This document shows, piece after piece, positions 9,716-18,355 of a stretch of DNA of 64,000 nt. Numbering within the stretch: the stretch's first letter is position 1; every line of letters begins with the position of its first letter. Made by a program: the position numbers and the translations under genes. The DNA is taken from assembly GCA_034189385.1 (NCBI GenBank), contig JAXHVD010000003.1, positions 1 through 64,000 of the forward strand, given 5' to 3'. Source of the DNA: Thermodesulfobacteriota bacterium (GTDB lineage: Bacteria; Desulfobacterota; Desulfobacteria; Desulfobacterales; C00003060). A model generated the notes under the pieces. The model was not told the origin of the DNA. It saw only the letters and a program-made list of their open reading frames with translations, and made no database searches.

Positions 9716-10552
9716 CTAACCCGTGCCGCTGTGAAAGCGCGCGGCCATCCCTTTTAGCACTGTAGCCAGAAGATAGGCAAGCCCGGCAATAACGACAATG
9801 GTGGCCCCTGCAGGAAGGTTAGGCCCAAAGGATACAATGAGCCCAGATGAAGTAAAGACCGCACCAAGAATAGAGGCCAGGAACATCATCTGAGCGAGGC
9901 TTCGCACGAAGTAGCGGGCCGTGGCGGCTGGCAGGGTAAGCAAGGCAATGACGAGTACGATGCCCACGACCTGAATCAGAATGACCACGGTCAGAGCTAT
10001 CAGGCAAAGGAGTAAGAGATAGGTGGCCACCACCCCTATTCCTTGAAGTTCACTATATTCCTCGTCAAAACACACAGCCAGAAAACGTTTATAAAAAAGA
10101 AAGACCGAGACAATAATAAGGCCATCAAGGCAACCCAGGAGAAGGACGCTTTCCCTTTTTACCATCAAGATGTTGCCAAAGAGATAGCTCATCAAATCAA
10201 CATTGTAGCCCGGAGTCTTGTAGATGAAAAGGACTCCTACGGCCATTCCCACGGCCCAGAGGGCACCGATGATGGTGTCTTCATACTGGTGGTAGCGGAG
10301 ACTGACGAGACCAATAACCACCGCAGCGACAAGGGCCGCCGCCACTGCCCCATGGATGGGATTGTAGCCGTAGTAATAGGCTATCCCCATGCCTCCAAGG
10401 ACCGTATGGGAAATACCGCCGCTGATGAATACAATGCGTTTAACAACGACGTAGGTCCCCGTCACCCCGCAAGCCACACTGGCGAGCAGGCCGATAATGA
10501 CGGCGTTCTGCATGAAAGCCTGGCTTCTCAGCACCTCTAGGAACTCAAACAT
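9716..10552 (-). CDS. znuB: Zn/Mn ABC transporter permease
   Basis: ABC-3 motifs GTYVVVKRIVFISGGISHTVLGG, DLMSYLFGNIL, FDEEYS; multiple TM helices. Confidence 0.9.
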   Translation of the reverse strand: MFEFLEVLRSQAFMQNAVIIGLLASVACGVTGTYVVVKRIVFISGGISHTVLGGMGIAYYYGYNPIHGAVAAALVAAVVIGLVSLRYHQYEDTIIGALWAVGMAVGVLFIYKTPGYNVDLMSYLFGNILMVKRESVLLLGCLDGLIIVSVFLFYKRFLAVCFDEEYSELQGIGVVATYLLLLCLIALTVVILIQVVGIVLVIALLTLPAATARYFVRSLAQMMFLASILGAVFTSSGLIVSFGPNLPAGATIVVIAGLAYLLATVLKGMAARFHSGTG

Positions 10553-10650
10553 CACACATGTCCATTCCAGCTAGCTATGAGTAATCGGGTCTTTCTAGGG
10601 TACTGGCTCGCGTGAAATAGCAGTCTACTGCCCGAAAGCTCCAACTGTTT

Positions 10651-10852
10651 AGTAGCGTTCAGAAGTTATGACAGTCTATTTCTGAATAGAAAATTTCCGG
10701 ATAGGGCGCATCGCTTCTCTTCGGCATCCAATGCCTTTAAGTAGCCCATACCATTGGTGTGGATGGAAATGGCTGCATGCCTACGTTCAGCGATCCCCCT
10801 TATCCTTTTAACTGCTTGCTAAGAGAGTTTGTCTCAACTTTTGAACGTTACC
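10651..10852. mobile_element. 202-bp non-autonomous IS derivative (IS1/IS1595-like) with 17-bp TIRs and an 8-bp target duplication
   Basis: Left end AGTAGCGTTCAGAAGTT vs reverse complement of right end GGTAACGTTCAAAAGTT; flanks AACTGTTT (10643-10650) and AACGGTTT (10853-10860). Confidence 0.7.
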
Positions 10853-10888
10853 AACGGTTTTCAGATTTCTGGTTCCGGTCTTCGGTGG

Positions 10889-11629
10889 CTACAATTCACA
10901 GGTATGCTTTAACATGTGAACCGGCCCGCTGTAACAAGCCTCCATCACATCGCCTGTAATGTGCTGTGTGGGGTTACACACGAGGCGTCGGTTCACGCAA
11001 GCCACGCGATTCACATAGGTGGAGATGAAGCCCAAGTCGTGAGAAACGAGCATGATGGCGACGTTCTCGTTGAGTTTCTTTAAGAGCTCGTAGATGTCCT
11101 GTTCCACCCTGCCGTCTATACTTGCTGTGGGCTCATCAAGAAGAAGCAGTTCCGGTTTGCCCACCAAGGCCCTTGCCATGAGCACCCGCTGTTTCTGCCC
11201 ACCAGACAGGGTCCCGAAACGGTGATCACGCAGGTCATAGATCTCGGCCCTTTCCATGGCCTCGTCTGCTGCCTCACGATCGGCCTTGCGATACCTGCCC
11301 AAGATAGGCGCCTTTCCCAGGCGCCCCATGAGGACCACATCCATCACACTCACCGGGAAGCTTCCATCCAAGTTTGCATGCTGTGGAACATAGCTCACGA
11401 GATGACGGACACGATCCGGAGCCTTTCCAAAGACGCGAACCTGGCCCCTTAAGGGGTGAATGAAGCCGAGAATGAGTCTCAAAAGCGTTGTCTTGCCGCT
11501 CCCGTTGGGACCCACCACACCCAAGAAATCGTGTTCTAGCACCGTAAGCGAAATGTCCTCAAGGACGAGCTCCCCGTCATAGGCGAAATCGACATTAGAG
11601 ATCTCAACAACGGCCTTTTCTTTGCTCAT
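10889..11629 (-). CDS. znuC: Zn/Mn ABC transporter ATPase
   Basis: Walker A GPNGSGKT, LSGGQKQR, LLLLDEP, VSHD; His-containing tail. Confidence 0.92.
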   Translation of the reverse strand: MSKEKAVVEISNVDFAYDGELVLEDISLTVLEHDFLGVVGPNGSGKTTLLRLILGFIHPLRGQVRVFGKAPDRVRHLVSYVPQHANLDGSFPVSVMDVVLMGRLGKAPILGRYRKADREAADEAMERAEIYDLRDHRFGTLSGGQKQRVLMARALVGKPELLLLDEPTASIDGRVEQDIYELLKKLNENVAIMLVSHDLGFISTYVNRVACVNRRLVCNPTQHITGDVMEACYSGPVHMLKHTCEL

Positions 11630-11736
11630 GGCACCACCGAAACCCTTTCTTAAATGGCGCAGCCCTATGGAACTGCAACGCCTTTAGCGCTCTATAAATC
11701 ATCACCGGGACCGAGTGCCCACCTGTTGTCTCTCCA

Positions 11737-12174
11737 TTAGTTGCCGCCATGAAGACACTTCTCGCAGGTCCCTTCAAACCGTACATCAACATGTCTGACA
11801 ACGCCCTTTCCTTTGGGGTGAATCCTTGTCAGGTCGAATGGCAGCAAGTTGGGCTCCAGGCACTCTATGAGACCACATCGGCTGCACACAAAATGTGGAT
11901 GATCGGGGTGATGATGGGACGCGCCCATGCCGTATCTCCACGCCCTGTCTCCTGCGGACAGGCGCCTGACCAGGCCGCTGTCTACCAGGAGGTCAAGAAT
12001 CCGGTAAAGGGTTACCTTGTTGATGGACATCCGGCTTTGAATCCGTGTCATGATTTCAGCTGCCACCAGAGGCCTGGACTCCTCACCCACACATCGGAAC
12101 ACGGCCTCGCGAAGGGGGGTCGGGTCCAAACCAACGGCTTGGAGCATTTCCAGATAGTTGCACCTTTCACACAT
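11737..12174 (-). CDS. zur: Fur-family zinc uptake regulator
   Basis: TLYRILDLLVDSGLV, HHHPDHPHFVCSRCG, C-terminal CEKC; heads znuC/znuB and has a Zur-type box upstream. Confidence 0.8.
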   Translation of the reverse strand: MCERCNYLEMLQAVGLDPTPLREAVFRCVGEESRPLVAAEIMTRIQSRMSINKVTLYRILDLLVDSGLVRRLSAGDRAWRYGMGASHHHPDHPHFVCSRCGLIECLEPNLLPFDLTRIHPKGKGVVRHVDVRFEGTCEKCLHGGN

Positions 12175-12180
12175 GATTTT

Positions 12181-12209
12181 AGATTAATACGTATGCAACC
12201 AAGTTGCAA
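12181..12209 (-). promoter_or_regulatory. Zur box overlapping the -35 element of a probable leaderless zur promoter
   Basis: ATGCAAC-CAA-GTTGCAA at 12193-12209 resembles the ATGCAACnnnGTTGCAT motif proposed for Desulfovibrio Zur; minus strand TTGCAA, 17 nt, TAATCT, 6 nt, ATG. Confidence 0.75.
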
Positions 12210-12312
12210 GGGAAGAAATTGGGTTCCCTGACGGTACTCGGCATGCCTTTGGGCCGGGAGATGTCACCAGACATCTTGAGCCCTTGAGGAAAAGGTGGTA
12301 GGGACCAGGGGA

Positions 12313-12349
12313 AAATAATAAAGGCAGGGCCATTTCTGACCCTGCCTTC
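12313..12349 (-). terminator. Intrinsic terminator after the Ig-repeat gene
   Basis: AAGGCAGGG/CCCTGCCTT stem followed on the minus strand by a T-rich tail (TATTATTTT). Confidence 0.65.
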
Positions 12350-12406
12350 AATTCGTGAGAAGAGGCTGTCTATGGACGTGCCACTTCTTCTAGCCTCTGC
12401 CTCGGA

Positions 12407-15400
12407 CTAATAAAGCTCAATATTGTCAAAGGCAAATCCGTCTGAGAATCTAAAGGTGCTTGAAACAATCGGGTTCTGGCCATACTGCTGGAACTTGATT
12501 TTAAAGGCGCTATTGTAGCTGATACCGGCTGCAGCAACGGCCGCATCGAGGTCAACCGCATAGACTTGCCAACTCGAGCTGACACCGTCAACAGCGGTCA
12601 GGCCCTGTACCTTATACCAGGTCGTGCCATCGGCGCTGACAGCCACGCCATCGCTGTTGTGTGAGCCGGTAAATGAGGCCGGCATCACATGGTTGTCGTC
12701 GTTAAACTCCTTGTGCTCAAAGCTGAGAGTCACCCCGCTCTGGCCATTCAGGTTAACGTTTAGAACCAACTCGTTTAGCGAGAAGCTCATCCATGAGTAG
12801 CTGTCCATGGTAAGGTGGTAAGCACCAGAGGCTGGGCCATTGAGGGCCGTTATCTGGATTCTCCCCCTACCTGTAGACGATGTGCTCCAGTAGTCTTGAA
12901 GCGTTCCAGTTTCAAAATCCTCTGTAAACGGGAAGGCCGCTGTTGGCTCGGTCAAGACCGTGAGCCTGGCTTCGCTGCTGGTGGCAGTGCCTCCGGCATT
13001 GCTGACCTCACAGCGGAACTTTGCACCATCATCTGCTGCCACCGTAGGATCGGTGGTGTAGCTGGTACTGGTGGCACCGGTGATATAGCTTCCGTCACGC
13101 TCCCACTGATAGCTCAAAGGTCCTGGTCCCGTGGCCACCACACTAAAAGTGGCAGTATCACCCTCATCCACCGTCTGGTCTTGGGGTTGCTGGGTGATGG
13201 TAGGCAGCGCGCTTGGCTGCACGGTTAGGGTGGCCTCGTTGCTGGTAGCAGTGCCACTGTCATTTGAGACCACGCAGCGGTACTTCCCACCATCATCGGC
13301 TAGGGCCGCAGCAGGTGTTGTGTAGCTCGCACTGGTGGCACCTGCAATGTCTGCCCCATTCAGTTGCCACTGGTACGTTAATGTGGGTGAGCCTATAGCT
13401 GCTACAGTGAATATGGCTGTGTCGCCTTCCAAGACCGTGGCATCTGCCGGTTGCGTAATAATGGTTGGCGGCACACCGAAGACCACCGTAAGGGTAGCCA
13501 AATTACTGCTCACACTGCCATTGCTGTTTGTGACTACACAGCGAAACGTTATTCCGTTATCTGATGCGGTAGTGGGGTCTGTGACATGAGTTGCACTGGT
13601 CGCCCCTGCTATGGCGTTAGTCGTATTGTAGTACCACTGGTAAGACAAAGGAGGGGGGCCTGTGGCCGACACGGTGAACGTGGCTGTGTCGCCCTCATTG
13701 ACCGTCTGGTCTGAGGGCTGCATAGTAATGGTCGGAAGACCCGAGATCACAGTGAGGGTAGCTTCGTTGGTGCTCACTGTACCATTGGCGTTCGTGACCT
13801 CACAGCGAAATGTCGTGCCGTTATCTGTTGCCGTAGTGGGGTCCGTAACATGAGTTGCACTGGTCGCCCCTGCTATGGCGTTAGTCGTATTGTAGTACCA
13901 CTGGTAGGTCAATGGCCCCGTGTCAGTAGCTAACACGGTGAACGCGGCTGTGTCGCCCTCATTGACCGTCTGGTCTGAGGGCTGGAGGATAATAGTGGGG
14001 AGTCCAGGCACCACAGTCAGGGTAGCTTCGTTGGTGGTTACTGTCCCATTGGCATTCGTAACCTCGCAGCGAAATGTTATTCCATTGTCTGCAACCGTAG
14101 TGGGGTCCGTGACATAAGTTGCACTGGTTGCCCCTGCTATGGCGTTAGTCGTATTGTAGTACCACTGGTAGGTAAATGGCGGTGGACCTGAAGCGGTCAC
14201 AGAAAAGGTGGCTGTGTCGCCTTCATTGACCGTCTGGTCTGCAGGCTGCGTAGTGATGGTCGGGAGCCCCGAGATCACGCTGAGGGTGGCCTGGTTGCTC
14301 TTTACTGTCCCATTGGCGTTCGTGACCTCACAGTGAAACTTTAATCCGTCATCTCCTGGAATAGTGGGGTCCGTGACAAGGGTTGCACTGGTTGCCCCTG
14401 CTATGGCGTTAGTCATATTATAGTACCACTGGTAGCTCAATGGCAGAGTGCCTGCAGCCGTCACAGAAAAGGTGGCTGTGTCGCCTTCATTGACTGTCTG
14501 GTCTGCAGGCTGCGTAGTGATGGTCGGGAGCCCGGAGATCACGCTGAGGGTGGCCTGGTTGCTCTTTACTGTCCCATTGGCGTTCGTGACCTCACAGTGA
14601 AACTTTAATCCGTCATCTCCTGGAATAGTGGGGTCCGTGACAAGGGTTGCACTGGTTGCCCCTGCTATGGCGTTAGTCATATTATAGTACCACTGGTAGC
14701 TCAATGGGAGAGTGCCGGAAGCTACCACAGTGAAAGTGGCCGTATCGCCTTCATTGACTGTCTGGTCTGCGGGCTGCGTAGTGATGGTCGGGAGCCCCGA
14801 GATCACGCTGAGGGTGGCCTGGTTGCTGCTCACCGTCCCGTTGGCGTTCGTGACCTCGCAGTGAAACTTTAATCCGTCATCTCCTGGAATGGTGGGGTCC
14901 GTAACATAAGTCGCACTGGTCGCCCCTGCTATGGCGTTAGTCAAATTATAGTACCACTGGTAGGTAAATGGCGGTGGACCTGCAGCGGTGACAGAAAAGG
15001 TGGCTGTATCGCCTTCATTGACTGTCTGGTCTGCGGGCTGCGTAGTGATGGTCGGGAGCCCCGAGATCACGCTGAGGGTGGCCTGGTTGCTGCTCACCGT
15101 CCCATTGGCGTTCGTGACGTCGCAGTGAAACTGTAATCCGTCATCTCCTGGAATAGTGGGGTCCGTAACAAGGGTTGCACTGGTCCCCTCCGGACCAGCT
15201 ATGGCGTTAGTCATATTGTAGTACCACTGGTAGGTGAATGGCGGTGGACCTGCAGCGGTGACAGAAAAGGTGGCTGTATCGCCTTCATTGACTGCCTGGT
15301 CTGCGGGCTGCACGGCGATAATTGGGAGCCCGGAAATCACGCTGAGGGTGGCCTCGTTGCTACTGACGGTACCTGCAGGGTTTGTGACCTCACAGCGAAA

Positions 15401-16729
15401 CGTCAGGCCGTCATCTGCTGGCGTAGTGACATCAGTGACATGCGTTGCGCCGGTCGCCCCTGTTATAGGGTTGGTGGTATTGTAGTACCACTGGTAGGTC
15501 AAAGGCGGAGTGCCGGAAGCTACTACCGTGAAGGTGGCTGCGTCGCCTTCATCAACCGTCTGGTCCGCGGGCTGGACGTCGATTGTCACAGGCACGGCCA
15601 AGACAGTAAGCGTGGCAGCCAAGCTAAAAACGCTACCGTAACCATTGCTAACAGTACATCGGAAGACTGCGCCGTCGTCCGCCATTGTGGTCGCGGGTGT
15701 CGTATAACTAGGGCTTGTTGCCCCTGGGATGTTGCCGCCGTTCTTTAGCCACTGGTAGGACAATGGCGCTGTACCTGTAGCCTCCACGCTAAACGTGGCT
15801 GTCTCGCCTATGTTAACAGCCTGGTTTGAAGGTTGTGTGGTAACGGCTGGCTCGCCCACCACAGTAAGCGTGGCATAGTTGCTGTAAACATAGGTGGTAT
15901 ACCCCTCGTTGTTGACCCTGCACCGGTACTTCGCACCGTGATGGTCCGCAATGTTGACTGGCCCAGTGCTGTAAGCCGGCTCCGTGGCACCCGCTATATC
16001 TACTCCGTCCTTTTGCCACTGGTATTCCAGGTCCGTCCCTAAGACCCAGACACGGAATACGGCAACTTCACCCACCTCCACGATCCGGTCTTGTGGATGA
16101 ATAATGAAGGTGGGAAGTCTGGGTTCGACGGTGAGGGTAGCCTCTCTGGAGGGAACGGCGGTGCCTTCAGCGCTTGTCACCTCGCACTGAAACTTTGCCC
16201 CGTCATCTGACATGGTCGTTGGCACTGTCCTGTAGGTCGACTGGACCGCCCCCGGTATCTCAACTGCGTCCCTAAACCACTGGTATTCCAAGGGCGCACT
16301 GCCGACTGCCACAATACTGAAAGTCGCCCTTTGCCCCACCGTAACCGTCTGGTCTTCTACGTCCGTTAGAATCACGGCTTGGAGGGGCGTTACGGTGAGG
16401 GTGGCGACGCCGCTCGTATGAGTGCCACTACCATCGGTCACTTCACAGCGAAACGTGGCCTGATCGTCAGTTGCGTAGACTGCCTGGAAACTGTAGATGG
16501 GCCCATTAGCGCCCGTAATATTAGTTCCGTTCCTCTGCCATTGGTAGGCGGTAATGGGCAGAGCATCGCTCACTATGGTTTGCACGGTAAACGTGGCTAT
16601 CTGGCCGTCTTGAACCGTGTCGCTACTTGGCTGACCGTTCCAGTTGGTGATAGCAGCCTGGACAGAAGTGCCAACCATCATCGGGACAAGAAGGGTTATA
16701 GCCAAGAACAGCAGGGACTTAGTCTTCAT
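12407..16729 (-). CDS. Secreted 1440-aa protein with 14 tandem immunoglobulin (I-set-like) domains and a C-terminal beta-sandwich (MAM/cleaved-adhesin-like) domain; putative adhesin
   Basis: Sec signal peptide ending VQA; 14 repeats of ~88 aa (QPxDQTVxEGDTATFxV..YQW..C.V.N..G...S..ATLTV); tail FPFTEDFETG..W..DGFAFDNIELY; SD GGAGG. Confidence 0.93.
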   Translation of the reverse strand: MKTKSLLFLAITLLVPMMVGTSVQAAITNWNGQPSSDTVQDGQIATFTVQTIVSDALPITAYQWQRNGTNITGANGPIYSFQAVYATDDQATFRCEVTDGSGTHTSGVATLTVTPLQAVILTDVEDQTVTVGQRATFSIVAVGSAPLEYQWFRDAVEIPGAVQSTYRTVPTTMSDDGAKFQCEVTSAEGTAVPSREATLTVEPRLPTFIIHPQDRIVEVGEVAVFRVWVLGTDLEYQWQKDGVDIAGATEPAYSTGPVNIADHHGAKYRCRVNNEGYTTYVYSNYATLTVVGEPAVTTQPSNQAVNIGETATFSVEATGTAPLSYQWLKNGGNIPGATSPSYTTPATTMADDGAVFRCTVSNGYGSVFSLAATLTVLAVPVTIDVQPADQTVDEGDAATFTVVASGTPPLTYQWYYNTTNPITGATGATHVTDVTTPADDGLTFRCEVTNPAGTVSSNEATLSVISGLPIIAVQPADQAVNEGDTATFSVTAAGPPPFTYQWYYNMTNAIAGPEGTSATLVTDPTIPGDDGLQFHCDVTNANGTVSSNQATLSVISGLPTITTQPADQTVNEGDTATFSVTAAGPPPFTYQWYYNLTNAIAGATSATYVTDPTIPGDDGLKFHCEVTNANGTVSSNQATLSVISGLPTITTQPADQTVNEGDTATFTVVASGTLPLSYQWYYNMTNAIAGATSATLVTDPTIPGDDGLKFHCEVTNANGTVKSNQATLSVISGLPTITTQPADQTVNEGDTATFSVTAAGTLPLSYQWYYNMTNAIAGATSATLVTDPTIPGDDGLKFHCEVTNANGTVKSNQATLSVISGLPTITTQPADQTVNEGDTATFSVTASGPPPFTYQWYYNTTNAIAGATSATYVTDPTTVADNGITFRCEVTNANGTVTTNEATLTVVPGLPTIILQPSDQTVNEGDTAAFTVLATDTGPLTYQWYYNTTNAIAGATSATHVTDPTTATDNGTTFRCEVTNANGTVSTNEATLTVISGLPTITMQPSDQTVNEGDTATFTVSATGPPPLSYQWYYNTTNAIAGATSATHVTDPTTASDNGITFRCVVTNSNGSVSSNLATLTVVFGVPPTIITQPADATVLEGDTAIFTVAAIGSPTLTYQWQLNGADIAGATSASYTTPAAALADDGGKYRCVVSNDSGTATSNEATLTVQPSALPTITQQPQDQTVDEGDTATFSVVATGPGPLSYQWERDGSYITGATSTSYTTDPTVAADDGAKFRCEVSNAGGTATSSEARLTVLTEPTAAFPFTEDFETGTLQDYWSTSSTGRGRIQITALNGPASGAYHLTMDSYSWMSFSLNELVLNVNLNGQSGVTLSFEHKEFNDDNHVMPASFTGSHNSDGVAVSADGTTWYKVQGLTAVDGVSSSWQVYAVDLDAAVAAAGISYNSAFKIKFQQYGQNPIVSSTFRFSDGFAFDNIELY
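13480..15330. repeat. Near-identical 264-bp intragenic tandem repeats (Ig domains 6-12)
   Basis: TAGTGATGGTCGGGAGCCC recurs at 14251, 14515, 14779 and 15043 (264-bp period). Confidence 0.92.
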
Positions 16730-16782
16730 AGTGTACCTCCGCGAAAGGATTGATCTTTAGAGTTCAAGCATAATTTTATATA

Positions 16783-16791
16783 ATTATAGCA
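16783..16791 (-). promoter_or_regulatory. Extended -10 promoter element for the Ig-repeat gene
   Basis: Minus strand TGcTATAAT about 55 nt upstream of the ATG, in an AT-rich region. Confidence 0.5.
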
Positions 16792-17154
16792 AATTAATAT
16801 AGCAGCAAATCACCAATGAATCAACACAAATTCAAGCGTTTGCCCAATTATTCTTATCTTTATCATTGATTTCAATATATTGTGTGGCTAACTGGTCTCT
16901 AGACACTACATATGGAAATGATTTCATGAAGGAGCATCGTTTCTTGTACGAAAAAAATGGCTTGGAGAAAAACCGGGGCAGGGTTTTCTCCGTTCCGAGA
17001 AAGGAGATTGCAGGAAGTGGATACCCCAGGGGAAATCTCAGATGTGTAACGACTGGGGAGTGGGAAACTCCAGCCAATAAACGCTTGCGGATCGTGGGTT
17101 GCGGAGAACAGGGGCTAGCCGCAAAGCATGGGGGAAAACAAAGGGGGGCAAGCC

Positions 17155-18336
17155 TTACGTTCTATAGTTGGCATTGATTCTCACATAGTCAGTTGAAAGA
17201 TCGCAGGTGTGGACCGTGGCTCTTTTGGAACCCAGGCCCAGGTGAATGGTAATGGAAAAACGATTGTTCCTAAAGACCCTCGTTGCAGCAGCTTCAGCTT
17301 CCTGACCGCAACCCTGGCCGTCTTTCACCATTTGCATGCCATCGAAGTAGATCTGAATTGTATCTGGGTCAAGGGGCACACCAGCCCGGCCAATGGCGGC
17401 CATGATTCTGCCCCAATTGGCGTCTTCTCCAAAAAGGGCCGTCTTTACCAGAGGGGATTCGGCAACGGTGTAAGCCACCTTTTTGGCCTCTTCCTCGCTT
17501 GGCGCCCCTTCCACCTTCACCCGCACCAGCTTGGTGGCCCCCTCTCCATCTTTGACAATCTGCAAGGCCAGGGTCAAGAGAAGTTCGTTCAAGGTCTCCT
17601 GAAAGGCTTCTGCACACTGGGTTTCTTCTATATCCAGCCCAGACAGTCCATTTGCAAGGACAAGAACGGTGTCATTGGTACTCATGTCCCCGTCCACGGT
17701 GATGGTATTAAAAGAACTAGCCACGGCCCTTGTCAGGCTCTCAGCCAGGACCTCGGCCGTAGCCCCCACATCGGTGCAGACAAAACAGAGCATCGTAGCC
17801 ATGTCTGGGCGAATCATGCCCGCACCCTTTGCCACGGCAGCCACGGTAAAAGGCTTTTCGCCCACGTGGGCCTGCTTTGACACAGCCTTTGGAAATGTGT
17901 CGGTCGTCATGATGGCTTGGGCCACATCAAATAGACCATCAGGTTTGAGTTGCCCAGAAAGCTTCGGGAGGGCCTCCTCAATAGCAGACACATCTAAGGA
18001 TTGGCCGATCACGCCTGTGGAGGCCACCAGCACCAGTTCCTCTCCTATACCCAGGGCTGAAGCCGCTGCACGAGCCATGGCCTTGGCGTCTTCAATACCA
18101 CGGGCGCCGGTGCAGGCATTGGCATTGCCGCTGTTGACAATAACGGCCTGGGCACGGCCTGAGGTGATCCGCTCTTTGTCAAGAACCACCGGTGCTGCCT
18201 GGACCTGATTCGTTGTAAACACGCCGGCCGCGCAAGCCGGAACGCTAGAGAAAATAACGCCCACGTCTTTTCTCTTGTTCTTCTTAAGACCGGCAGCCAC
18301 GGCCCCGGCAACAAATCCTGGCACTTCGACTCTCAT
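17155..18336 (-). CDS. argJ: Bifunctional glutamate N-acetyltransferase/ornithine acetyltransferase
   Basis: NSGNANACTG, STGVIG, IMTTDT, KGAGMIRPDMATML, DGDMSTND, DGEGATK, INANYRT; start taken at MRVEVPGF. Confidence 0.97.
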   Translation of the reverse strand: MRVEVPGFVAGAVAAGLKKNKRKDVGVIFSSVPACAAGVFTTNQVQAAPVVLDKERITSGRAQAVIVNSGNANACTGARGIEDAKAMARAAASALGIGEELVLVASTGVIGQSLDVSAIEEALPKLSGQLKPDGLFDVAQAIMTTDTFPKAVSKQAHVGEKPFTVAAVAKGAGMIRPDMATMLCFVCTDVGATAEVLAESLTRAVASSFNTITVDGDMSTNDTVLVLANGLSGLDIEETQCAEAFQETLNELLLTLALQIVKDGEGATKLVRVKVEGAPSEEEAKKVAYTVAESPLVKTALFGEDANWGRIMAAIGRAGVPLDPDTIQIYFDGMQMVKDGQGCGQEAEAAATRVFRNNRFSITIHLGLGSKRATVHTCDLSTDYVRINANYRT

Positions 18337-18355
18337 GGTGTAGACCTGTGCCCCC

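Noticed and set aside
13480..15330. Repeats as a CRISPR array or DGR template/variable repeats
   Set aside because: They are in-frame 264-bp coding repeats with no spacers. No cas or reverse transcriptase gene is present, and differences are not adenine-specific.
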